64,000 bases of DNA. Source: a virus. Its lineage: Duplodnaviria > Caudoviricetes. A model generated the notes under the pieces. That model was given only the letters and a program-made list of their open reading frames with translations. It did no database searches and was not told the DNA's origin. Shown one piece after another: positions 54,505 through 63,604 of this stretch. Position 1 is the first letter of the stretch. Each line of letters starts with the position of its first letter. Location: IMG/VR virus record IMGVR_UViG_3300014208_000023, positions 256,001 through 320,000 of that record. One strand, 5' to 3'. Both the position numbers and the translations under genes were made by a program.

Positions 54505-57249
54505 ATGGCCACAAATTATCCTACCCATATTGACGACACCTCTAGCTTGCCAGTTGTGGCTGATAACGTACATAGAGTAGATTCTGATGTTATTAATCGA
54601 TTACGGGCCGCAATTATAGCCGTTGAATCTGAATTGGGCACAAAACCAAGTGGAATATATGGAACCGTAACTAATCGGCTTGATGGGTTTGAAACTCTAA
54701 TTAATTCGATCATTAGCGCCGGCGTTGCTAGCAGCTTTACTGCTGCCGGCGATTTAAGCGGGAACTCTACTAGCCAAGTAGTTATTGGCTTACGTGGAGT
54801 TTCAGTAAGCTCTACGGCACCAACAAATGGTCAAATATTATCATATGATGGATATTCTTGGAAAGCTAAGGGGCCACAAACTCCAGTTGTTACACAGGAA
54901 GCTTGGTTCATAGATCCAGTTAGCGGCAACGATTCCAATAGCGGACTTACTTCTGGAACGGCTCTAAAAACTCTTGCGGAAATGTATTCTCGCTGGGGTC
55001 CGGCTCCAAAGCTATTAGCATCTGTTTCTGGATTTATTACCGTAACACTAATGAGTGCTCCGGGCATAAATGACCCCATTATTTTGAGCGGAGATCTTGG
55101 TCCAGACACGAATTTAATGTATAAAGGAGCGGCATCTACCGTTAGATCTGGAACTTTTAGTGCGGTAACTGCACTTAATTCAGCAACAAATCAAGCGTGG
55201 GAAGTTGATGATAGCGCTAGAGATTGGACTACGGATCTAAATAAGCGCATTAAAAATACGACTGCCGGAGCAAATCTTGGACAAGTAGCCTGGGTAGCTA
55301 AAAGCATAGGTGGAACATCTGCCAGAATATCGCAGCCGGCATTTATTGATGCGGCCACAATACATGGATATACCGGGCCAACAGTTGGAGTATTCTCCAC
55401 TAGCGACACTTATATAGTAGAAGATATTACGGAGGCTTATTTAGCAAGCGTTATTCGCGTAGGCCGTTTCGAAGGCAATGAATTAGTTCACCCTGGTAGG
55501 GTATTTTTTCAGGATATTTATTTTAAAAATTCAGTTGGCGGAACACTAATTCAGCAGTGTGCTTCTTTAGTATTTTTGGGTTGTCGTTTTGATAACTCAT
55601 ATCTTGAGCATGCATTAGCTCCTGCATTTATGAATTGTAATTTGGGTAATGGTATTGGCATCTTTGAATCTGAAATGTCAACAATTACAGGAATGATTGC
55701 GGGAGATATGAATATAGCTTCTGGCAGTAAAGTATATATGCAAAATTGGCTGGTTCAGGGCGCGACCATTTATTTATTTGGTGGAGATGTAGTTCTTACT
55801 GGAACTTTAGGAATTTTTGATTCTGCCGCAGACGCGATCAACGTTGGATATGCTAGTTACGGCAAAGGGTCTCTTGATGCTGGGCTAGCTTTGTTTGGAA
55901 GTGGCAATGCTGGGCATGGAGTTAATATTGGCCCACTAGGATCATTAGCTTATGCTACAACCCCTACAATTACTGGAACTGCCGGCAACGTTGTTATTGA
56001 TGGAACATCGCTAACATGGAGAACGGCACCGCAAATTTTTAGTGGAACAAACAATTCTACGAGCACCTTTTCAGTAGGTCCAAACCCCGCTCTTACTGGC
56101 GATTGTTTGCGCCTTGGACCATCCATAGCTAATGCTGGCGTATATAACAATGTAATAACCACTCGCATCAATGGTGCAGATGCTACCGTCGTCAGAATTC
56201 ATGACGGCGCCTCTTACATCATGCTGGGAGATACCGGCTATTACATGACGCTACAAGGCTATAATAACGTGTTCGCTTCCAATGCGTTAGGCATTCACGA
56301 GTTCATAATTGGAGCTGCTGACGCAATGCAACTTAATGCTAACGGCGTTCAGATTGGGCCAGGCGCTTTTGATCTTGGCGGTGGAACTGGTGTAATCGGA
56401 ATTGATGACGCGGCCGTTGTTCCAACAACCAATCCAACAGGCGGAGTAGTTCTTTATTCTGAAACGGGGGCACTGAAATTCAGAAACCCAGCAGGCACAA
56501 TAACAACACTTGGTTCAGGCGGATCTCCAGGCGGTTCTGATACGTATATTCAATTTAATGATACTTCTACTTTTGGTGGCGATGCTGGACTTACCTATAA
56601 TAAAACCACAAACGTTCTTTCATTAACCGACGCTATTGCTATTGGAGCAATACCTGCATCTGCGGGCTCACTGCGATTAGCAACCAGTTCTATTATAAAC
56701 TATCGCAATGCATCCAATACTGGAGACGTTCAAGCACTCAACTGTGATGGTTCGTTTGTGTATGTCGGAGATGTTAGTCGCAATGATTCTGGATTATTGC
56801 TATATTCTGGTGGTAGTGTTGCCATTAATGCAACTGGTGACGTTGTGCTTGGGTATGGCACGCCAAGATTAACTGCCACTACTACCAATATTCTTTCTAC
56901 ATTTCCACTTATTGGTGATAGCGCCAACACTTCGCCATACGGTGTTCATGGAGGAGTAATTGTTACTCCAGCAATAGACGCTGCCGTAACACTAGTGGCA
57001 GCAGAATATAACTTCGATTGGATTCAAGTTGATACCGGCGCTTGGGCGACTGGCCCATTTGGGGTTATTTTTCCAACTCCAGCCACAAAAGCCGCGGGTT
57101 TTTATAAAACTGTTTTTAACAATTCGACGCAAACAATAACGGTGCAAAATGGCGGAGTAGCAACCAGAACTCTTACTACTGGACTTGGCCAGAGATTTTG
57201 GTTTGATGATGGCGGCGCGTTTTTTGCTGGGGCAACATTTACTCCATAA
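54505..57249 (+). CDS. Tail-fibre/tailspike-like virion protein
   Basis: G/T/S/A-rich; GDLSG...APTNGQILSYDG..W, FIDPVSGNDSNSG...KTL and PGGSDTYIQFND fibre motifs; probable beta-helix core. Confidence 0.75.
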   Translation: MATNYPTHIDDTSSLPVVADNVHRVDSDVINRLRAAIIAVESELGTKPSGIYGTVTNRLDGFETLINSIISAGVASSFTAAGDLSGNSTSQVVIGLRGVSVSSTAPTNGQILSYDGYSWKAKGPQTPVVTQEAWFIDPVSGNDSNSGLTSGTALKTLAEMYSRWGPAPKLLASVSGFITVTLMSAPGINDPIILSGDLGPDTNLMYKGAASTVRSGTFSAVTALNSATNQAWEVDDSARDWTTDLNKRIKNTTAGANLGQVAWVAKSIGGTSARISQPAFIDAATIHGYTGPTVGVFSTSDTYIVEDITEAYLASVIRVGRFEGNELVHPGRVFFQDIYFKNSVGGTLIQQCASLVFLGCRFDNSYLEHALAPAFMNCNLGNGIGIFESEMSTITGMIAGDMNIASGSKVYMQNWLVQGATIYLFGGDVVLTGTLGIFDSAADAINVGYASYGKGSLDAGLALFGSGNAGHGVNIGPLGSLAYATTPTITGTAGNVVIDGTSLTWRTAPQIFSGTNNSTSTFSVGPNPALTGDCLRLGPSIANAGVYNNVITTRINGADATVVRIHDGASYIMLGDTGYYMTLQGYNNVFASNALGIHEFIIGAADAMQLNANGVQIGPGAFDLGGGTGVIGIDDAAVVPTTNPTGGVVLYSETGALKFRNPAGTITTLGSGGSPGGSDTYIQFNDTSTFGGDAGLTYNKTTNVLSLTDAIAIGAIPASAGSLRLATSSIINYRNASNTGDVQALNCDGSFVYVGDVSRNDSGLLLYSGGSVAINATGDVVLGYGTPRLTATTTNILSTFPLIGDSANTSPYGVHGGVIVTPAIDAAVTLVAAEYNFDWIQVDTGAWATGPFGVIFPTPATKAAGFYKTVFNNSTQTITVQNGGVATRTLTTGLGQRFWFDDGGAFFAGATFTP

Positions 57250-57263
57250 TAAATATGGGTTAT

Positions 57264-57842
57264 TTACAATTGCTCGCCCTCTGAAATCTCCGCCACTAGA
57301 TCAAGTATTTTTGACTCCGATACTGGATAGTAGTTCCACCGATCAACTCCAACATTAATCATGCGGTTTCTAAATAGCCATTTTTCATGAATGTGACCGT
57401 GAAGTAGCCACTGCCCATCATTCTTTGGGCGGTAATCAGGATACCTTTGATCCTTATCACCTTCTTTTAGAAAAGGTAGATGACAAAGAAGAAACTTACG
57501 ATCGCCAATCGATAGCTCCATACGCTCTTGAACGGAAGCAAATCCATATTCAATATATTTTAGAATTGATTTTTTATGCTTTGAATGTTTCGAAAAACAA
57601 GAATCGTGGTTGCCTGAAACTAGATGTTTAATTCCGTTAAGTCTAGATAGGATTGGTTGAACAAACTTATCATTTAGTGAGAAATCTCCCAGATGATAAA
57701 CCACATCATCTATACCAACAACTTCATTGTATCTTTTTACAATTTCATAATTCATTTCTTCAACGTCTTTAAATGGACGATTAGAGTAACCAATAATCGC
57801 CTTATGGAAAAAATGCTGATCAGACGTGAAAAAAATTGTCAT
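57264..57842 (-). CDS. Calcineurin-like metallophosphoesterase (phage type)
   Basis: SDQHF, LGDF, GNHD, LCHLP, HGHIH, NVGVD intact. Confidence 0.9.
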   Translation of the reverse strand: MTIFFTSDQHFFHKAIIGYSNRPFKDVEEMNYEIVKRYNEVVGIDDVVYHLGDFSLNDKFVQPILSRLNGIKHLVSGNHDSCFSKHSKHKKSILKYIEYGFASVQERMELSIGDRKFLLCHLPFLKEGDKDQRYPDYRPKNDGQWLLHGHIHEKWLFRNRMINVGVDRWNYYPVSESKILDLVAEISEGEQL

Positions 57843-58593
57843 CGTTTATAAATCTCTTCTACTCTATGGTGGAAGATCCTAGTAATCATCCATATGAATT
57901 TAGAATAGGACATTTTACCTTTAGCTCTATTACAAAGCAAACAACAAGGAATAACATTTTCTAAATCGTGCTTACCATCACTTGTTTTTCGATCTAAACC
58001 ATTATATATGAAATTACCATGAAGACTAGCAAACTCTGAGCATCCATATGTTTTGTTAAACACATTAGACATATTTGATGGGTTAGTTCCACAATAATGA
58101 CAAGGAAGTTGAGATAATTTTAAAAAATTATCGAATGATAAATTCCCATCACTATATGAGTCTCTATAGACCATTCTTGCCGTAGATAATCTCGGCTCTT
58201 CTGGAGCCGAATGTATTTTATTGTGCCCGCAAGATTTTATGCTTCTTCCGTCTATTCTAGATAAATCTCTATATCTAACTATTTTTCTAGGCCACAATCA
58301 CAAATACAAGGAAAAAACATTACATTTTTGTTGAAATAACCGGAACCAGTTATAGTAAGTTGGCCGAATTTTTCATTCAAAATGTTTGGTATATTTCTAC
58401 GGGAACATCCGCAAGATTTGCTTCGCCCGGAAGATAGGGATAGTCCTTTTATTATTTTTAGCTTACCGCAATCACATTTACAAGACCAATATGTATCTTT
58501 ACAATTTAGATTATCTGGCTTGCTTACTTTTTCAAGCACAATCCAAAATCCAAATTTCATTCCAACTCCTACAGAGGGTTTTTTATATTTCAT
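57839..58593 (-). pseudogene. HNH homing endonuclease split by a -1 frameshift (track ORFs 58279-58620 and 57839-58297)
   Basis: CICDCG-LEK* joins IVRYRDL...KSCG if one A is added to the A5 run at 58282-58286; C-terminal CHYC...GLDR...CCLLCNRAK. Confidence 0.8.
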
Positions 58594-58831
58594 TTCTATG
58601 TGGAATGTTTGCGTCTTCAATACGTTTCATTTTATGAAAATCTGGATTTGGTGAATGGCGCAAATAAGGATTGCAGTCTGGACAAATTAAATCGCTATAA
58701 TCTTCTCTAGTAACAACCCATCCTTTTGTAGCGCTATTTGGTTTATGCCAGCAGACGTATTTGCACACGCTACAAGTGGATTTCCACACTTCTTCGTTAG
58801 TTCTACTATAGACATCAACAACTACTTGCAT
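58583..58831 (-). CDS. Small zinc-finger protein
   Basis: CSVC...CPDC. Confidence 0.6.
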   Translation of the reverse strand: MQVVVDVYSRTNEEVWKSTCSVCKYVCWHKPNSATKGWVVTREDYSDLICPDCNPYLRHSPNPDFHKMKRIEDANIPHRNEI

Positions 58832-59283
58832 TTTAAGTCTAGCTCCACCAACTCTTTATTTAGAGCGGCCATTTTGTTTTTAACAATATTAATTCGTTTT
58901 TTAACAAAATCAGATAGGCTCTTTTTATATTCTTTATCTTTACCAAAATTAACTACTTCATTAAAAAATTTATATTCTTCTTGATTAAATTGAGAAGCAA
59001 AATCATTACATTTTTCTATGAATTTTTTTATTTCAAGAGAGTATTTGTCAGCATCTAAAATACAAGCCCGGTCTATTTCTTCAAATACATAGTCTTTATA
59101 TTTTGCGGCTATATTTTCGTTCCATTCATATTGGGCGTAATCATCTTCTTCCCAGTAAAGTTTAAGAGGAACTTCAAACGAAAGATCTATATTTACTTTA
59201 GTTTTAACTAATTTTCCTTTTTCAAGTTTTTTGAATTCTTTATTTAGAGAACGAAGAACTGTTGTCTTATTTAATTTCGGCAT
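58822..59283 (-). CDS. Hypothetical protein
   Basis: Start reassigned to MPKLNK to limit overlap. Confidence 0.7.
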   Translation of the reverse strand: MPKLNKTTVLRSLNKEFKKLEKGKLVKTKVNIDLSFEVPLKLYWEEDDYAQYEWNENIAAKYKDYVFEEIDRACILDADKYSLEIKKFIEKCNDFASQFNQEEYKFFNEVVNFGKDKEYKKSLSDFVKKRINIVKNKMAALNKELVELDLKCK

Positions 59284-59746
59284 TTTTAATCTCATAATCA
59301 TAAATATAAACATCAACATCATTTGCAAAAACTTCTTCAATCATTGGCTCTATGATTTCCCATTTACCACCAGCCAATCCGCAACCAATTCTAGGCATAT
59401 GAACCGAAGCTTCGTTTTCTTTTGCAATTTTACATACATCATATAGACATTTTCTGAGCGCCTCATATCTAATGGGTGGATCGTTTTTATCACCATAGCC
59501 CTGCTGAGCTATCATATTGGCTACAAGAATATCTCCCCTTACTTTTACATATCCAACATTTCCTTGAGCGAAATTAATTTTTGTTCTATACCAATTTCTA
59601 TATTCTATCTCTGGATCTTTCCATTTTTTGGAAAGAGCTAGAACAAATCCTTTTCCCCATCCACCCATATCATTATTTATATGAGCTATAATTTTGGCAC
59701 CATTAGTTTTTGGATCGGTAGCGTCACCTTTTAAATAAGTAATCAT
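59267..59746 (-). CDS. Macrodomain (Poa1p/TARG1/DarG-class ADP-ribose hydrolase fold)
   Basis: ITYLKGDA, IAHINNDMGGWGKGF, MPRIGCGLAGGKW. Confidence 0.9.
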   Translation of the reverse strand: MITYLKGDATDPKTNGAKIIAHINNDMGGWGKGFVLALSKKWKDPEIEYRNWYRTKINFAQGNVGYVKVRGDILVANMIAQQGYGDKNDPPIRYEALRKCLYDVCKIAKENEASVHMPRIGCGLAGGKWEIIEPMIEEVFANDVDVYIYDYEIKNAEIK

Positions 59747-59747
59747 A

Positions 59748-59930
59748 TTATTTTTTAATTATTCTACATATTTTATCGCATCGGACCCTTATGATGGCAT
59801 TATCAAATGCAGGACACATGAGCTCAATATATCCATAATATTTTCGGAAAAGATTACCAGTATAAAGGCCGCCTCCGCTACTAAACTGAACAATGTCGTC
59901 CGTCGTTAGATTGGCAATACAAGACTTCAT
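59748..59930 (-). CDS. Hypothetical small protein
   Basis: 60-aa ORF filling the gap between genes. Confidence 0.55.
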   Translation of the reverse strand: MKSCIANLTTDDIVQFSSGGGLYTGNLFRKYYGYIELMCPAFDNAIIRVRCDKICRIIKK

Positions 59931-59935
59931 TTCAT

Positions 59936-60529
59936 TTATTTTCTATCGAAAGCTAGCTTAAGGCGCTCTTTCAATTCGACCAAATTAGAGCCATCATATC
60001 TAAAGATATTGTCTTGATAAGCGGCCCCACCTACGGCAAACATTTCGTTCCATGGGTGAGCTATACAAACAACCAATCCTCTAGGCCTATGATTAAGCCA
60101 CTTTAGAAAATATGGAGAGAAGTCATCCACAAGCACGCGTCCGTATGAGAGTGACTTATCTTGAGTTATTGTTACTGGAACGTCTGGCAAATGTTCTTGG
60201 CACCACGAATATTTCTCATGCCATGCAGAGGGGCATTTTCTTGGCCCTTGAGTTAAGACATTTATAGAGAATCCAATTTCTTTAAGAAGACCTACTATGT
60301 GAAAACCTAGTGGTAGTGGTTCTAGATTTCTCCAAAATCCGGGCTGGTTTTGAATCAGCTTTCTGCGATGTTTAAGATAAGGTTGATCGGAACCAAAATT
60401 AGCCGCATACTTATCATACGGGTCTTCATGTGGCGAAGAAATCAACGCCATCTCTGCGGACATTGTTTTGTCGTAGTCAGCAACTGTCCCGTCTAAATCT
60501 AGAAGGGCAATTTTTGGATCTGAACTCAT
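59936..60529 (-). CDS. 5'(3')-deoxyribonucleotidase, HAD family (NT5C-like)
   Basis: LDLDGTVADY, FWRNLEP, EKYSWC, DKSL, LVDD, HPWN. Confidence 0.88.
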   Translation of the reverse strand: MSSDPKIALLDLDGTVADYDKTMSAEMALISSPHEDPYDKYAANFGSDQPYLKHRRKLIQNQPGFWRNLEPLPLGFHIVGLLKEIGFSINVLTQGPRKCPSAWHEKYSWCQEHLPDVPVTITQDKSLSYGRVLVDDFSPYFLKWLNHRPRGLVVCIAHPWNEMFAVGGAAYQDNIFRYDGSNLVELKERLKLAFDRK

Positions 60530-62832
60530 GCGTTTAATACTTTATCTTCTTCAAGATCTTCGTAAAAAATTTCTATTTCTGGATCGAAACTTTCTTCTTG
60601 TGATCTTTCTTGTAAGTTAGAAGATACCGAATCAGTTACGACGCCTGTTACTAGATCGAGAATTTCTTCTACTGCAAAATTACCGGCAGTAGTTAAGCTG
60701 CTTACTCGAAACTCCTTTGCCATGATTTGTGCCTTTTCATTATCTTTCATAGCGTATGTAAGAGCCATGCCATTAACCATGGATACGAAAGATGTTCCTA
60801 GCTCTGAATCTAGGAATTGCTGTAACATTGCAGACTTGTCTCCAGGAAGAGCGGCAGACAAAACGCCTTTGGTTACTTTATTTAGTTGAGTTGCTGCTAC
60901 GCGGACTCCGGCTTTTTTTGCTTCTCCTACTAATTTATTTTGCTTAATTTCTTCCTTTATGGGCTTCTCGTCTGTTAGATAGTCATATTTTGTTAGAGGA
61001 TTAATGTTTCTATTATACTCTTCCCAATCAAAAGCTAAATCCGGCAAGATTGGAATTGGATATACTTTAATTTCTCCTGGCTTTATGTCCTTAAAAATAC
61101 CGCGCCAGATATCCTCATCTTCTTTGGCTGCCAAGTAATTATCCTCTTCAATTATTTTATTGACATCAATTTTTTTGCCATTTATAGTTAAGTTCGGAGT
61201 ATTTATGCTCACTGACGGCCCGGCTATATTTACTCCCCCAAGGGCGTTTATATCGTAACTGGTCGCTTTAGGATCGCTAACTGCACTGGCGGCAGTTTCA
61301 ACTTGAGAAACATATTTAGATCCTGGATTTAAAACCTCAAATCCTGACATTTCTTTTACAAACCAAGAAGTATCGGGAATTGGAGGCAGCGGCGGTGGGA
61401 CGGGTATTTCTTTTTTACCTTTTGGCAGATCATTATATTGAGTAACGATAGACCTAATGTATTGCATTTGACTTTTAGTTAGCTCTTCAAATAGCAAGAC
61501 TCCTTCACTAATTGAATTAAGCTCTGCAACTAAAACATCTATATTTGCTGGATCCCAGTTCATACACTTATTATATTGTGCATCACAAGATTCTGGGTTG
61601 TTATCTATTACTCCCCATACTCGTAATTTATGAACCAAATCTTTAATTGTTTTTCTTAAAGCCGGACTCTTAAGTGAATCGCCTTCTTGTATCTCTTTAA
61701 GAATTGCCGAGTGATTGGCATATTCTTTTGATTTATTTACCTTAAGAATATGATCTCTGATAGCGTTGGCGGAAGCCAATTCTTCTGCGCTATTCTGCCG
61801 AATTATATTATTGAAGGCGTGATTTGTTATCTTTTTTTCCAGATCCTTACGCTCATTGAGATCCCAGTTAAAAAATGTAGCCTTTTCTTTTGCGGTTAGA
61901 AAAATATTGCAATTAACAAGCCTATTAATTAGTGCTTGTGAATTAAAGGCATCTCCCCAAGTAGTAATTTTTGATGCATTAATATCTCTTACTACTTCTT
62001 TAATGCCAGCAAGTAATATTTTTTTTTCATCCGGATGCTTACATTTTCTGTAAATCTTTATGAAATTACGTAGGGCATCATAATTTGAGCTTGTCCAAGT
62101 AATATACTTGGACTGCTGATCTTGTCGTTCGTAGTCATGGGAAAATACTCCCATCTCCCATAGCTCGTCATTGAACTGGCTTGGGTTAATTAAATCCCTT
62201 GGAGAAAGCATTCCTGGCCTATTAAAGCTGTTGGCTGTAATAGGCGATCCGTCCGTCATGCCAAAAGACTTGGCGGTTATTTGGTCACCGTCTTTTATAT
62301 TGAGAACATTGGCTGCAATTTTGTCGTCATAGGCATAGGTGGATGTATTTTTACTCACATCGCTACCTATATCAACACCGGCAAAAGTTGTAAATGGAAG
62401 CGTTTTTAAATCGTCAATAACCTCTTGAACCGTCATGGTTTTTGGTAAAGTTAATTTTTGATTATGATCAAAATACGAATTACCATCCAATATTGGATCT
62501 CTATTATCCAAATATTCTGCCATATCTGTTTTTAGAATTGGCAACGATCCATCCGGTAACGTATCTACTATAAGAGAGGCTCCGGCTGGAATTTTCTTTT
62601 TTGGAGATTTCTCTATTAAGGTCTTTACTTGCTTATAGAGATCGTCTAATTTTTTCTTATCATTAACTTCTCTAACAATCTCATCTACCGCTTCTTGCGA
62701 AAATTGTAAGATGCCGGCATTCATCATATCGGCAATCAATTCATTGCGAGTTATCTTTTCAAGAGGAGAAAGCGGAGCAAGCCGCTCATCCTGAGTAAGA
62801 TTTTCAAAAAGCGTTGATAATTTATATTCCAT
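60526..62832 (-). CDS. Large hypothetical protein
   Basis: 768-aa ORF with PVPPPLPPIP and a hydrophobic helical C-terminal domain. Confidence 0.8.
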   Translation of the reverse strand: MEYKLSTLFENLTQDERLAPLSPLEKITRNELIADMMNAGILQFSQEAVDEIVREVNDKKKLDDLYKQVKTLIEKSPKKKIPAGASLIVDTLPDGSLPILKTDMAEYLDNRDPILDGNSYFDHNQKLTLPKTMTVQEVIDDLKTLPFTTFAGVDIGSDVSKNTSTYAYDDKIAANVLNIKDGDQITAKSFGMTDGSPITANSFNRPGMLSPRDLINPSQFNDELWEMGVFSHDYERQDQQSKYITWTSSNYDALRNFIKIYRKCKHPDEKKILLAGIKEVVRDINASKITTWGDAFNSQALINRLVNCNIFLTAKEKATFFNWDLNERKDLEKKITNHAFNNIIRQNSAEELASANAIRDHILKVNKSKEYANHSAILKEIQEGDSLKSPALRKTIKDLVHKLRVWGVIDNNPESCDAQYNKCMNWDPANIDVLVAELNSISEGVLLFEELTKSQMQYIRSIVTQYNDLPKGKKEIPVPPPLPPIPDTSWFVKEMSGFEVLNPGSKYVSQVETAASAVSDPKATSYDINALGGVNIAGPSVSINTPNLTINGKKIDVNKIIEEDNYLAAKEDEDIWRGIFKDIKPGEIKVYPIPILPDLAFDWEEYNRNINPLTKYDYLTDEKPIKEEIKQNKLVGEAKKAGVRVAATQLNKVTKGVLSAALPGDKSAMLQQFLDSELGTSFVSMVNGMALTYAMKDNEKAQIMAKEFRVSSLTTAGNFAVEEILDLVTGVVTDSVSSNLQERSQEESFDPEIEIFYEDLEEDKVLNA

Positions 62833-62859
62833 ATTTCTTTCTAGAATGAATATTCTTCT

Positions 62860-63588
62860 TTAAACGTCTATTGTAAATTTGTCGTCGAAACCGTTTTCTT
62901 CAACGGTCTCGTGAAACATAGTATATCCTCTTGGGTTTGCCACTATGCGTGTGTCCTCAACTTTTGTATCCACGTGTGCGTGTGTGTGTCCGTGGATCCA
63001 TAACGATGGCTTCCTATCTTCAATCAAGGCCTCCATATTTGAAAGATAAAACACATTTGTTTTATCGCTCTTATATTTTGGATTGATGCATTTTGGAGAC
63101 GGAAGGTAGTGGCTTATGACTATATCTCCTTCTTTGAGGTTATCGTCCAAAAACTGTTTTGCTTTTTTATTTTCGTCCCAAACCCAATCCCCAAAATTAC
63201 GGATATACTTAAAGTCTGACCAGTCCCAAGTTTTTTCTGGAGAAACGAATGAATACCATAATGTACATCCTATAAATCGACGACCTTCTAATTCAAGAAT
63301 TTTATTGTCTAGAATATGAAGGTTAGAATACTTCTCTTGTATTAGATCGAAATTATGAATAACACTACCGGCATCAGATCCGTAATATTCGTGATTACCT
63401 GGAACAAAAATAACTTTAGGATATTTCGCGCAAAATAAACCAATAGCTTTTTCAAGGCATGGGCTTTCGGCAATATCTCCAGCAAGAATTAAAACATCGA
63501 TTCCGGTTGAGTCTAGATTTTTAATTATCGACTCTCCTTCGTCATCGTGATATTCTAAATGGAGATCGGACATTATAGCAAGTTTCAT
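62860..63588 (-). CDS. Metallophosphoesterase
   Basis: SDLHLE, AGDI, GNHEYY, SHYLP, WIHGHTH, NPRGY. Confidence 0.92.
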   Translation of the reverse strand: MKLAIMSDLHLEYHDDEGESIIKNLDSTGIDVLILAGDIAESPCLEKAIGLFCAKYPKVIFVPGNHEYYGSDAGSVIHNFDLIQEKYSNLHILDNKILELEGRRFIGCTLWYSFVSPEKTWDWSDFKYIRNFGDWVWDENKKAKQFLDDNLKEGDIVISHYLPSPKCINPKYKSDKTNVFYLSNMEALIEDRKPSLWIHGHTHAHVDTKVEDTRIVANPRGYTMFHETVEENGFDDKFTIDV

Positions 63589-63604
63589 TTTTAATCTCTT
63601 ATCT

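Noticed and set aside
62968-62992. GT-dinucleotide run resembling a microsatellite
   Set aside because: It encodes the HGHTHAHV metal-binding motif.
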